Source: Octopus vulgaris (taxonomy: Eukaryota). From it: a stretch of DNA of 64,000 bases. This document shows positions 11,827 to 25,064 of this stretch, one piece after another (positions within the stretch are counted from its first letter, which is position 1; every line of letters begins with the position of its first letter). The position numbers and the translations under genes are program-made. Below the pieces are notes generated by a model. The model was not told the DNA's origin, searched no databases, and saw only the letters and a program-made list of their open reading frames with translations. The stretch spans positions 71,610,001 through 71,674,000 of the forward strand of contig OX597822.1 in NCBI GenBank assembly GCA_951406725.2, given 5' to 3'.

Positions 11827-11895
11827 CTTACTGACGAGTCTCCCTGAGTAAATAAATTATTTTTATTGCTGAAAAAGACGAAACTGCAGTATAAG
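11827..11895 (+). ncRNA. Minimal type I hammerhead ribozyme with intact core
   Basis: ctta CTGACGA gtct...agac GAAA ctgcag TA taag; helix I ctta/taag; helix II gtct/agac; palindromic helix III; GUA cleavage triplet. Confidence 0.75.
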
Positions 11896-12241
11896 ATGAA
11901 CCGAGTTAGTAAAAGTTTTTATTTTCATTTCACTAAATTTATCAAGCTTCTGTGTATCTAGTACATACTTCGCCTTTTAATGTACTTATATATGAATAAT
12001 ATATGGCCTGTGCTAGAACACCGGCGATAATAATTAATTTTATTTTATCGCATTTTGACTTTGTTTATATATATATATATATATATATATAGGTAGGAGT
12101 GCCTGTATACATATATATATATTATATATGTATATATATATATATTTTATATATATATATAGGAGTGGCTGTGTGGTAAGAAGCTTGCTTCCCAACCACG
12201 TGGTTCCAGGTTCAGTCCCACTGTGTGGCACCTTGGGTATG

Positions 12242-12452
12242 TGTCAGGATAGAAATCCACGCCGCCATCTCTTCAATTATCCGGCCATCAGCTGAAGAGA
12301 TGGCAGCGTGGGTTTCCACCTCGACATCCGAAACTCGGAGTTTTATCATGGCTACCGAATAATTGTCACATATTATATTTACAGATAAATTCCTCTATTT
12401 ACATAATATCGAGGTCTCTTTCATTCTTTTGTTGCCTTACCATTTCTATCAA
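12242..12452 (+). mobile_element. Penelope-like terminal fragment with inverted partial copy and hammerhead motif (about 12288-12346)
   Basis: CTGAAGA gatg...catc c GAAA ctc g gag TT ttat; inverted repeat 12242-12280 / 12287-12326; homologous to 44077-44240. Confidence 0.6.
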
Positions 12453-13529
12453 TATATATATATATATATATATATGCAATGGGCTTCTTTCATTTTGTGT
12501 CTACCAAATTAACTCACAAAGTTTTGGTCAAACCAATGATATAGTAGAAGGCACTTGCCAAAGGTACCATGCAGTGGGTCTAAACCCTGTATGGTTGGGC
12601 AGCAAGCTTCTTACCACACAGCCATGCCTGTGTCTAGGTAAATATTTTATTATTTAAAAATCATTTGTTATAAAAATAATATATTTCATAAGAATCATGA
12701 TAACAAAGATGTTAAATATATTTATGTGAGATTTTAGAGATTGTTGTCAGTGGATTGTTTCCAATTTGAGGTGCAGGAATTGAGTTCCTTACCCTCTGGC
12801 ATAAATTTTGTTGAGTTACTTTATAGAGCTTCTCTAAAAGCTGAAGGGATGCTTCTTTTGGTTTTGTTATGCTAAACCCAACACCTCCTGCTGTGTATTA
12901 CTTAAATGCAGTTACACGGAAATGTAGGCATCAATAGAATCCTTTTAACCCTGTAAGTAATGGAACTTATCTTTACCAATATTTAAGAATTACTGAGTCA
13001 AGCATGTAACTCTTTCTTGTCCATCTGTACAAATACATATGGCAGCAATTCATTTAATTGACTACATTTGCTGAGACATTCAATTCAAGGAGAAAAAAAT
13101 ATACATAAATGTATATATATATAATTAAAAAAAGAACATCCCCTCAAAAAAAAAAACCTGGTAATAAAAATTCTCTAATTCCACAAAATTTAAGCTGCAA
13201 ATGGGAATGAAATTTTGATGGAATGTAGCTAGATTTACAGGTGCCTTCTGTAAAAATACAAACAATTTTAACTAAATAATAAAAATAAAAATTGAAATAC
13301 ACATATAGATAAATATAAAACTGCTGTTCCTTGTATTGGGATCACAACAAAATGTAAGGCACCATTCTTGAGATTTGCATGTTGCCATCATGGAGTGGTT
13401 GCTAATAGTTTTTATGATTTTAGTCTCATGTGGTTGACAATGCTTTTCTAACCATCCATTAGTGATTCTATACTTACCTGAAATTTGTGTACATAAATTG
13501 ATGTCAGTGGCTCCGCGTGTGTATGCTTG

Positions 13530-13665
13530 TATTTGTGTGTGTGTGTGTGTGTGTGTGTTGATATGATTTTACTGCTTGAGTGAATGTGTCTACTTAACCC
13601 TTTTACAAACACACAGAAACACACATACTCACACACACACATACATATATAAACATTCATGCATT

Positions 13666-13704
<39 letters not shown>

Positions 13705-13825
13705 GTGTGAATTTAATGTACAAATATTTATACTTAGAGTGTACGTGTAAGCTACTCTCCCTCTCTCTGTATATATAAACATATATACACACACGCACAA
13801 AAACACGCGTACATATGTAAATCTT

Positions 13826-13861
<36 letters not shown>

Positions 13862-14438
13862 CTTACACATATATATATGTATATATATATGCATATGTAT
13901 CTATGTATACACACACATTCAGTCACACAAATGCACACACATATAGATACAAACACATCATAAACATAAGAGTATTTGTTTTTGTTATATACACACACAG
14001 GAAACACAAACAACAAAAACATACACACACACAACAACAAAAATATTCACTTACTTAGAGTACACACTCACATACACATATATATATACATCTATTCATA
14101 TATATATATATATGCTCTGACACAAACATACTTGAACGTTAAAACACACATATAATTACAAATGGAAATATTCATTGTGACAAAGAGCAAATGAATAAAA
14201 AAATAAGGAAGCCAAAAATGAAGGTGTCCAACTTCCATTTGTTTCGTTTTTTCCACTCAGTGCTTCCATAGTAATGTATATTTTTGTTAATGTATTTTTT
14301 TTCCTCTCTGACAGTATATTAACATATATTTTTGAATTAAGTATACATATAATGCCACCTTATATACGTATGCTTGTGTGTGAGCTGTATGTTTACGTAT
14401 GTATAAACATTTGTACTCATATATATATATATACATAC

Positions 14439-14489
<51 letters not shown>

Positions 14490-14495
14490 TTTACA

Positions 14496-14531
<36 letters not shown>

Positions 14532-14613
14532 GTAAATACATATGTATGTACATTTGTGTGTGTGTAAAACATTTATATATATATATGTATATATAAATAT
14601 ATCTATACATAAG

Positions 14614-14651
<38 letters not shown>

Positions 14652-15017
14652 TGATATATGATATATATATATAAAATGTATGTACACATACGAATACATA
14701 CATATAATATATGTATATAAATAAATGTAAGTATATATATATATGTGTATATATAAGCATACATAAGTATATATATATACTTACATATAGGTATATATAT
14801 GTGTGTGTATATATCTTAGAATATCTACATATGTAGATATATACATGTCTATATATACATATCTATCTATCTATCTATCTATCTATTTATCTATCTATCT
14901 ACATATCTATCTATCCATCCATCTTATACACACACACACACACACATATATATACACATACACACACACACACACATATATATACATGTATGTATATATA
15001 TGTGTGTGTGTGTGAGC

Positions 15018-15073
<56 letters not shown>

Positions 15074-15100
15074 ATGTGTGTATATATATATATATATGTA
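13530..15100. repeat. Compound (TA)n/(CA)n/(TATC)n microsatellite field
   Basis: Direct reading; explains the YIYI/HTHT ORFs. Confidence 0.9.
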
Positions 15101-15683
15101 TGAATGTTTTTCCTTTCTGTGTGTTTTTTTTTTTGTATGTAGGTATTTCAGTCAAACATTAAATTCAAGGATCGCTCAATACCTTTCAGTGGTGTATAAT
15201 TTTTTTTTTTTTCCATGATAAATGTTGACAGCTACTTTCCAAGCTTTGGTTTCCCAAACCACCATCTTATGATTGAATGACTTTACCTATCCTCAGAAGG
15301 AAAGGGTCGGGGACATCAGAATACAACCAACATTCCTCACCGCATATTTTGTTGGTTTTGTGCTGACGCTGTACACTCCACCAGGGCACTTGGCTTCCAG
15401 TTCTTCTTAGCATCCAGCATTCCATCCTCATCTTTGTCAAACTGCAAGCCCAGATTTATTTCTCTTAAGTCTTTTATTCTTTTACTTGTTTCAGTCATTT
15501 GACTGCAGCCATGCTGGAGCACCTCCTTAAAGCGTTTTTTTTCTTTTAATCGAAGAAATTGACCCCAGGACTTATTCTTTGTAAGCCTAATACTAATTCT
15601 ATCGGTCTCTTTTGCTGAACTGGTAAGTTACAGGAATGCAAACACTCTAGCATCAGGTGTCAAACAATGGTGGGTGGGTGCAT

Positions 15684-15718
<35 letters not shown>

Positions 15719-15750
15719 CACATATACATATATATATATATATATATATA

Positions 15751-16133
15751 CTAGCAGTGTCACCCGGCGTTGCTCAGGTTTGTAAGGGAAATAACTATAA
15801 AGCATTTTTAGAGAGTTATAGCCAAAAAATAGCAAAAAAATGGAAAAAAACGATGGTAAATTTTTTTGAGAGTAAAAAAAGGTGGAGTTGCGTCCCCTAG
15901 ACAGTTTGCGGTTTGTGTTTCTGATTCTCGACCCCATGTCGAATTTATCGATTTTTTTCAGAACTGGGGGAACTTTTCAAAATTTTCGCTGCGTTAGTTT
16001 TGAATTATGACATTGGGCTATGTGTGTGTCAAGTTTCATCAGAATCGGTTGAAAGCCGTGGTCAGGGTGAGGGTACAAGCAAACAGACACACAGAAACAC
16101 GCACAGACAAACTGCCGTTTATATAGAGAGAGA
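15751..16133 (-). mobile_element. Non-autonomous Helitron
   Basis: Minus strand begins A|TC and ends with hairpin acctgagcaacgccgggt then CTAG|T; inserted in the TA tract of a SINE. Confidence 0.7.
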
Positions 16134-16149
16134 TATATAAACATATACA

Positions 16150-16350
16150 TATAATAATAACAATAATAATAATAAGATCAAAAGATACCTTAGGAATGAG
16201 AACCCAAGTTTGAAACTTCCCAAAGACACCTGATAAAGGCTGGAGGATATATCAGTTGAAACATTGTGTTAACAACAAATAAGATGAGGACAAATACCTC
16301 TTAAATGTAAATAATGTGCATAATTCCTCATCTCTTAAATATAGATCTGA
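16150..16350 (+). mobile_element. Hammerhead-bearing composite element, 3' part (degenerate motif at 16226-16269)
   Basis: (AAT)n, then ttaggaatgagaaccc...acac CTGATAA aggctg..cagtt GAAA ca TT gtgt. Confidence 0.55.
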
Positions 16351-16570
16351 TGTTAATGTGATTTGTGGAAACGTGCGTAGTGGTGTATGAAATGTTTATG
16401 AATTCCATTCTAGAATTATTGTTGTTATTATATTTATCCTATGTTATATCGGTATAACTATGAGGCAACCCCGAAAAACTAAGTCACTAATCAGCATCAT
16501 TGGACAATAGCCAGCACAATGAAATAGGAGCTTTACTTGTATATCTTTAATGTTACCATAAACGAATTTA

Positions 16571-16630
<60 letters not shown>

Positions 16631-16836
16631 GTATGTATGTATATATATATCTATATATATATATAATTATATGTATGTATAAACACAGACACACACACAC
16701 ACACACTATAATAACAATAACCATGATATTGATAATGATAGTGAGGAATGGTAATGAAATATCCCTGCAGCTAATTGAATTAATGGCAAGACCATCTGTA
16801 GGTCATATTTAACACACACATGTTATATATGTATAC

Positions 16837-16900
<64 letters not shown>

Positions 16901-16925
16901 ATATATATATATATTATACATATAC

Positions 16926-16979
<54 letters not shown>

Positions 16980-17314
16980 TCATAAAAAAAGACAACTGAT
17001 GAATAGCTTCAGGCAGAAGTGGGCGACATAAAATTTACTGGAAATGAGTTTTTCTTGAACAAATCATAAAATTTTGGTTTCAAAAAATCTGAGCATTTTG
17101 GCGTAGCCTCAATTCTCTAGTTTTGAAATTAACCACCAAATCTACCGCTAACATCGCTAATCATTGTCTTCATAGCCACCAACACCACCAGCTACCACCT
17201 CCACAACAACCCCCATCCCATCCCATCATCATCATCATTATCCTCACCATCAACTCTGTCATCTTTGTTCTCAGCACAATCATCAGTTATCATCATCATC
17301 ATCCTTTCCTTCTG

Positions 17315-17780
17315 GGGACACAAAACTCTACTTGTTAAGACCTGTTGAGGCAAGTGAGAATCGAAATCGATCAACATCAATGGAAATTGCAGCTGTGATA
17401 CCAATGCCGGTGGCACGTAAGGGAACCATCCGAAACGTGGCCGTTGCCAGCGCCGCCTCGACTGGCCTCGTGCCGGTGGCACATAAAAAGCACCATCCGT
17501 TCGTGGCCGTTGCCAGCCTGGCCTGGCCCCCATGCCAGTGGCATGTAAATAGCACCATCCAATCATGGCCATTTGCCAACCTCGTCTGGCACCTGTGCCG
17601 GTGGCACATAAAAAGCACCCACTACACTCACGGAGTGGTTGGCGTTAGGAAGGGCATCCAGCCGTAGAAACATTGCCAGATCAGACTGGGCCTGGTGCAG
17701 CCTTCTGGCTTCCCAGACCCCATTTGAACCGTCCAACCCATGCTAGCATGGAAAGCGGATGCTAAACGATGATGATGATC
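17315..17780 (+). mobile_element. RTE LINE 3' UTR (5'-truncated) with internal ~62-66-bp tandem repeats and (GAT)n tail
   Basis: ggcgttaggaagggcatccagccgtagaaac...gcatggaaagcgg...aaacgatgatg; the same tail follows RTE ORF ends at 41229-41735 and 60858-61265. Confidence 0.7.
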
Positions 17781-17849
17781 ATCATCATCATCGTCAACAT
17801 CAACAATAACAATGCTGACAGCAACAACAGGAGTACAGACACAACAACT

Positions 17850-18235
17850 GACTGGCTGGTGCTCTGCTGGTTATGATGATGGAGGTTCCAGTTGATTCTG
17901 TCTACAGAACAGCCTGCTCATGAAATTAACATGCAAGTGGCTGAGTACTCCACAGAAATGTGTACCCTCAATGTAGTTCTTTGGGAGATTCAGCGTGACA
18001 CTGTATGTGACGAGGCCGGCCCTTTGAATTACAGGTGCAATTCACTTTTGCCAGCTGAGTGGACTGGAGCAACATGACACAGAGTGTCTTGCTCAAGGAC
18101 ACAATTCTCCACCAGGAATCAAACTCACAACCTTACAGTTGTGAGCTGGATACCCTTCACAACCTTACAGTTGTGAGCTGGATACCCTTCACAACCTTAC
18201 AGTTGTGAGCTGGATACCCTAACCACTAAGCCATG
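17850..18235 (-). mobile_element. SINE family C with a triplicated 32-bp head segment
   Basis: Homology to 9968-10280; three identical units at 18125-18220. Confidence 0.75.
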
Positions 18236-18254
18236 TACTTTCACTTATTTATAT

Positions 18255-18286
<32 letters not shown>

Positions 18287-18818
18287 GTATATGTATATGT
18301 ATACATATATACGTATGTGTACATGTATGTGCACATGTATGTATATATGTATGTACATATGTATGTATATATGTATGCATGTATGTATATATATGTATCC
18401 ATGTATGTATATATGTATTCATGTATGTATATATGTTTGTATATATGTATGCATGTATATATGTATATATATATGCATGTATGTATATATATATATATAC
18501 ATACATATATATATAAATATATATATATATGTATATATGCTTGTATATATGTATGCATATATGTATGTGTGTATGTATGTATGTATGTATGTATGTATGT
18601 ATGTATGTATATAGAGCTGCTGATATAGTGAAGAACTAACAATGAAAGAAAGAAGAGTAGTAGAAATAATTAAGAAAGAAGAAAGAATGTAGAAAGAAGA
18701 AAGGAAAGGGAATGTAAAAAGGAGAGGAAGAATAAAAGATGAATTAGGCAGAAAGAAGAAAATCAGAAGAATGCTTTCCAACTTCATGGTTCCGGGTTTA
18801 GTTCCGTTGCAGGAGACT

Positions 18819-18862
<44 letters not shown>

Positions 18863-19029
18863 ATGTATGTTGGAAAAAGATTTTCTTCAATGAAAAATTA
18901 TCAATTATCTATAAAAATCTTCAAAAACCACACTGACGCTTTCTTTATGCAAGGAAATGTGTGTATGTATGTATATATATATATATGTATGTATGTATGT
19001 ATGTGCATATATATATATATATATATATA

Positions 19030-20307
19030 CAGAGTGCATAAGTTATTTGAGGACATACCTTTTTGGGGTCATTGCTGCATTTTTTGCTAACTCTGTATAA
19101 TCTTTGTTTCAGAAAGTAATAATGGCAGACCCTCAGCTTTCTTAAGAAATGAAGAGGCGTGCTGTTACTATGGCTATAAAGGCCGAGCATAGTGATTCAG
19201 AAATATCTTGATTTTTAAATGGTGCCAGATCTTTAATCTGCAAGGTTAGTAAGGAGCTAGAGACTGAAGATGGAAATATATCACCAGCATCAAAGCATAA
19301 AAAGCTTTCTCAACACTCTGAAATCATCAGAACACCTGAATGTATCCAGCAAGTTCAACAGACCATTGATTACAATACCAGAAAGTCCATGAGATCTATT
19401 GCTAAAGATCTCTATGTGTCAGAAGGAACAGTCAGAAATGTTGTCCAAGAAGACATCAGATATAAATCTTATATGATAAGGAAAGGCCAATTTGTCAGAA
19501 AAAGCAAAAGAAAATCACTATACCAGATCTAAAAGGCTCTTGAATAAACTGAAAAACCCAGCAGATTTGATTTGATTTGATTTTTCTCAAATGAGAAAAA
19601 CTTCAACCAAGATCAAAAACTTAACAGAAGAAATGACAGATGGTTATGTGCAGACCTTTCTGAAGTTCTAAGAGTTATGCCTACAAGTGTTATGCATGCA
19701 AAATTTCCTGCAACCATCATGATTTGCGGGGTTGTCAGTAATGAAGGACATATGGTGCCCCCTTACTCCTTTCCACAAGGTCTTAGAGTTAACTCTGCCA
19801 CCTACATTGAGGTCCTGGAAATAATTGTTAAGCCCTGGAAGACAGTATATGTAATGGAAGGCCACATGTGTTTCAGTAAGACTCTGCACTATCACACATG
19901 GCTCTAGTAACACAGGAATAGACAGCTGAAAATTTTCATGATCACATAACCCCTAACATTTGGCCTCCTAATTCCCCAGATCTCAATCCATTGGGCTATT
20001 ACATGTGGAGTGTTGTTGAGGGAGAGGTCAATGAACATGCCCATAACACCAAAGGTACTTTGAAAGCTGCCATAGTCAGAGTAATAACCAAAATGAACCA
20101 GGACCACTTGATTCAAGAATGTAGATGATTTAGATGTCATTACAGATACAATTGTTGAAGCTGAAGGTGACTTTATTGAATAACATTATAGAAAAGAAGG
20201 TCTATTTTTATCCTCATAACATTTTTTGATAAATGAAGTTATCATATGTTATTAATATCTGTTTTTTTATAAACACAAATCTGTCCTTAAATATCTTACG
20301 CACCCTG
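19030..20307 (+). mobile_element. Full-length degenerate Tc1/mariner element, maT (DD37D) type
   Basis: TA TSD; TIRs cagagtgcataagttatttgaggaca / tgtccttaaatatcttacgcaccctg; remnants FSNEKNF, IMICGVVS, FQ*DSA..., WPPNSPDLNPL; 37 residues between the second D and the third acidic position (mutated to G); stops and frameshifts. Confidence 0.9.
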
Positions 20308-20323
20308 TAAATATAAATATATG

Positions 20324-20355
<32 letters not shown>

Positions 20356-20449
20356 AAGGGCAATTATGTATAGTAATGCCCTTAATATAAATAAATATAT
20401 TTAAACGGAAAAATTAAAAAATTTTCCCTTATGAGGCTTTTCACGCCTC

Positions 20450-20553
<104 letters not shown>

Positions 20554-20640
20554 AATACAAACATGAACAAGCAAGAAAAAACAACGCGAGGATGTGGAAT
20601 AAGTACTGTGTTGGATGCTCAAAATATATATGTGTGTATG

Positions 20641-20692
<52 letters not shown>

Positions 20693-20847
20693 ACAGGCTT
20701 CTTTCAGTTTCTGTCTAGCAAATTCACTCACAAGGCTTCTGTTGACCCAAGACTATAGTAGAAGACATTTGCCAAAAGTACCATGCAGTGAGACTGAAAC
20801 CAGAACCATGTGGCTGGGAAGCAAACTTCTTACCACACAGCCATACC

Positions 20848-20908
<61 letters not shown>

Positions 20909-21889
20909 TGTATGTATGTATTGCATAGGTAGTTATAGTAAATCCCAGCTCTTTCCACTTGAAGCACATCTGCTTATTCCATTATTACAATGGGAAATGT
21001 AGTTTCAGCTCATGTTGTATGTTAGTTCAAAATACATATTAAAATTGAGAATTATGGAAATATTATTTGCAGAGCTTTTGTATAATAAAATAGGAAATTG
21101 GAAATTTTTTTGGTAGTATATATTCACCATTCCAAGTGTTTTATTTTCTAATTAGAATTATGAAGTTTTACATGTTACATAGACACATAAAGAATTTCCT
21201 ATCAGAATTTTTTCAGACAGAAAAATTAAATAATACAAATTTTATGTTTGGGTGAAGTGTTTATATTTAGATAGCAATCAAGACCAGCCCAGGTGCAGCC
21301 CCAGTGAAGTGGAGGCCCAGTGGTTAAGGCAGCAGACTTGCGGTCGTTAGAACGCAGTTTCAATTCCTAGACTGGGCCTTGTGAGTGTCTATTGAGCAAA
21401 AACACCTAAGCTGCACAAGGCTCCAGCGGGTGGTGGTGGTGAACCTTGCTGTACTCTTTCACTACAACTTTCTCTCACTCTTTCTTCCTACTTCTGCCCC
21501 AAAGCAGAGGAACCATGGTGTAACCCACTATGGTGTGGTCAACTTTCAGACCCTAGTCTAGATTGTGAATCCTCTGTACCCCAGGATGGCTCAGCTCTCA
21601 ACCCATTAAAAGCCACTGTTTATGGAATGAGGATAACAATGTAGCTTTGGCACCCGTGCAACTGCCAGTCTATCGCGTGTGGTGGATCTTCAAGTTGCCA
21701 CATGCATTCTTAGTAGCTTAGAGTAGGCTCGAATTAGAGATTATTCTTTGTGGCTAATGGCATGAGTCCTGATTGGATGAAGAAGAAAAAGAAAAAGAAG
21801 AAGAATAGCTCCAGTGAAAGAAGAAAAGGGAGACATGCATAGTAAATGAAACATGTGTAATGGGGAATAAATAAGACCATAAAATTTCC

Positions 21890-22350
21890 AGTTTTCTGGT
21901 CAGGACACATCAGATGTGCCTCCCTTGACAACTCCTTTTTGCTGAGTTGACTTCAGGCACCAGACCCTGCAGAGATCTGAAATTCTGTTTCTGAGACCAG
22001 CTCAAGACCACTCTCCTCTGCTGCTTCATTGACCCAAATAATAGAGAGACAAGCATCAAGGACTGGTCAAAGTGGCAGGTGGTCATCATTGAGGAAATGG
22101 ATCTGAGGGAAAATAACAGACGTCAAGAAGCAGAGATCAGAAGTTGAAGGCACAAAGAGTGATTTGCACTTCCTCGTTCCCCTCCAGCTCTACTCTGAGA
22201 TAAATACCCCCTACCCAACTCTTGTAAACCACCCTTGCCCTGAACAACCACCTCAGGTACCAGCATCTTCTACACCCATCAAGATGAAGTGGCTCACTCA
22301 CTTGATATAGATTTACTACTCGGCCATGAATAGAAGCCTCCATTGCTGAC
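21890..22350 (+). mobile_element. RTE LINE C-terminal fragment, degenerate
   Basis: WSGH...LP*QLLFAELTSGTR...F*DQLKTTL...IDPNNRETSIKDWSKWQ...ENNRRQEAE, plus a C2H2-like remnant (LNNHLRYQH). Confidence 0.65.
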
Positions 22351-22639
22351 AATATATATGTATATCACATGATCATGTGACCGACCAGGCTATCAAATGT
22401 TGCTACACATCGCTGGTCACAATGCACTTTTGCACTGTTTTAGCCTTCAAATTATGCCACCCTGCTGGCTTGGAGAGCAGGCCAACATTCCCTGCTGATT
22501 GAAAGGGGTGGGGACTGAAGCAACATAAAATGAAGTGCTTTGCTCAAGAATACAATGCATCACCCAGTCAGAGAATCGAACCAATGCTCTAGTGATTGTG
22601 AGTGCAACAGCCTAACCACTAGGTCACATGCTTTCATGC

Positions 22640-22685
<46 letters not shown>

Positions 22686-22719
22686 ATATATATGTATATA
22701 TATATGTATATATATATAC

Positions 22720-22761
<42 letters not shown>

Positions 22762-22765
<4 letters not shown>

Positions 22766-22987
22766 TTTATTTTAAGCAGCAGAAAATTCAACAAAATCTG
22801 TTACTCTGAGTTTCTCATTGCCGTTCATCAGACAGTTTTTGCTAGACTGTCTGATGAACGGCAACGAGAAACTCAGAGTAACAGATTTTGTTGAATTTTC
22901 TGCTGCTTAAAATAAAGCATATTACTCTACCACTGGTATTTGAGTACTTATTTTTTCCACCTTGTTTCACATTTATGTGTTTACTCC

Positions 22988-22990
<3 letters not shown>
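22762..22990 (+). mobile_element. Penelope-like terminal fragment with ~72-bp near-perfect fold-back in (TA)n
   Basis: Arms 22765-22836 and 22846-22918; each arm carries a hammerhead motif. Confidence 0.7.
22847..22884 (+). ncRNA. Minimal hammerhead motif; mirror copy at 22798-22835 on minus
   Basis: ctgt CTGATGA a cg gcaa cg a GAAA ctc a gag TA acag. Confidence 0.65.
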
Positions 22991-23059
<69 letters not shown>

Positions 23060-23085
23060 TACATACATACGTACATATACATATA

Positions 23086-24033
23086 CAGGGGCTGGACAAA
23101 ATAATGGAAATGCCTTAAAACTTCAAACAAATTTAATTTAATATGGGTTAGGACCTCCTTTGGCAGTAATTACACCTTAGGATGAATTTGATCAGATAAA
23201 ATGATTAAATAGTCTTGACTATTAATTCTGCCATGAAGGGAAATCATTGGGCTGGCAGATTTCCAAGATATAGCACCCCAGATCATTACAGATCCTCCTC
23301 CATGTTTAACAGTTAGAAGAAGGCAGACTGTGTCAAGTGCTTCTTTTGGTTGTCTCCACACGTATACTCAGCCAGTGGTCAGAAACAAGTTAAAGAATCA
23401 CTCGTCCAAGAAAATAACATTCTTCCATTGCTCTATGGACTAATTCTGTAGATTTTTACTCCACTCTAAATGCTTTGCAACATTTGTTTTTGAAAGTTGT
23501 GGTTTTCTGATTGCAGCCCTCCTGTGAAATCCGGCTTTGTGCAGCCTTTGTGGAAACTGGGTTCCTGAGGTGGTCATTAAGCTCTGCAATAATTTTGGGA
23601 GCTGTACTTTTGTGATCCTTTCTAATAATTTGCGTAACAGTCTGACGGTCCCTATCTGAAAGTTTTGGTTTTCTTCCGGAGTTTTGTTTTGACGAGAAAG
23701 TATTTCCCTCTTTCCCAAAGGCTGTCATTACTTTCGAGACAGTATTTCTTGATACACCAAACATTTCATCTGTTTTCATTTTGCTAGTGCCTGCTATAAG
23801 AGCACCAACAAGTTGACCTCTTTGAAAGTCCAATATATCTGTCATTTTAATTAATTTTAATTACCTTTTTCTGATCATATCTGAAAAGAAATAGCAATTT
23901 TAGCAAAACATATTAAGTAACACTAACAATAAATAAAAAAACATAAAAATAAACAAGGTTTTGACAGGTTTATAGATATTTCAAAATTATGATGCTATGA
24001 TGCTAGGTGTTTCCATTATTTTGTCCAATCCTG
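23086..24033 (-). mobile_element. Tc1-like transposon with C-terminal internal deletion
   Basis: TA TSD; TIRs caggggctggacaaaataatggaaa / tttccattattttgtccaatcctg; ORF from 23845 (DFQRGQLVGA...SGRKPKLSDRDRQ...VWRQPKEA...TVKHGGGSVMIWGAIS) ending before the second catalytic D. Confidence 0.9.
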
Positions 24034-24079
24034 TATATATATGTGTGTGTGTGTATATATATATATATATACATAAATA

Positions 24080-24226
<147 letters not shown>

Positions 24227-24603
24227 CTTATATATGTGATGTGGGATGATTTTTCAGAGCCTGGAATAGAAAGCCTTTCAGTGTAGATTAGTTCAATCAA
24301 GACTAGTTTGGGACTAAGCAACAACAACAAGTGTTAATGTAGTAAAAATTTGGATAATAGAACAGTGTTGAGTCCAGAGGAAAGTAACCAATTCCAAAGT
24401 GTGTGGTTATTACTTTTCTTTCATTACTAAAGGAAATCTTATATAGGATGGCCCAAAAGTAGCACTCCTATTTAATATATACCTGTATGTTTTCAATGGT
24501 AGCGTGACTTTAGGCCATCTTGTTTATGTGTGTGTGTGTGTGCATGTTTACTTGAGAATATATACATATATGTGTGTGTGTATGTATATATATATGTATA
24601 TAT

Positions 24604-24648
<45 letters not shown>

Positions 24649-24714
24649 CACAAACATATATTTCATATATACATTTATACATGTGTTTATATGTATATGC
24701 TTATACATTAATGT

Positions 24715-24746
<32 letters not shown>

Positions 24747-24903
24747 ATATGTGTGTTTGTGTGTATATATATATATGGTGGATTCTCTCATCGAAGACGA
24801 TGAATGAGGGTTCAGTAAATAACCTTCAACAATTCCTAAGCCTTGTGACACTGCATGTGTACCTTCATGTACATATATGTATATATATAGAGAGAGATCG
24901 ATC

Positions 24904-24904
<1 letters not shown>

Positions 24905-24949
<45 letters not shown>

Positions 24950-24950
24950 C

Positions 24951-25005
<55 letters not shown>

Positions 25006-25013
25006 CAGATAGA
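24905..25013. repeat. (GATA)n microsatellite
   Basis: Direct reading. Confidence 0.95.
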
Positions 25014-25015
25014 TG

Positions 25016-25064
<49 letters not shown>

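Noticed and set aside
18125-18220. CRISPR-like 32-bp palindromic repeats
   Set aside because: No spacers, eukaryotic context, inside a SINE
24795-24835. Further hammerhead-like traces (also about 27213-27247, 41955-42000 and 44580-44620)
   Set aside because: Too many core mismatches or only half-motifs
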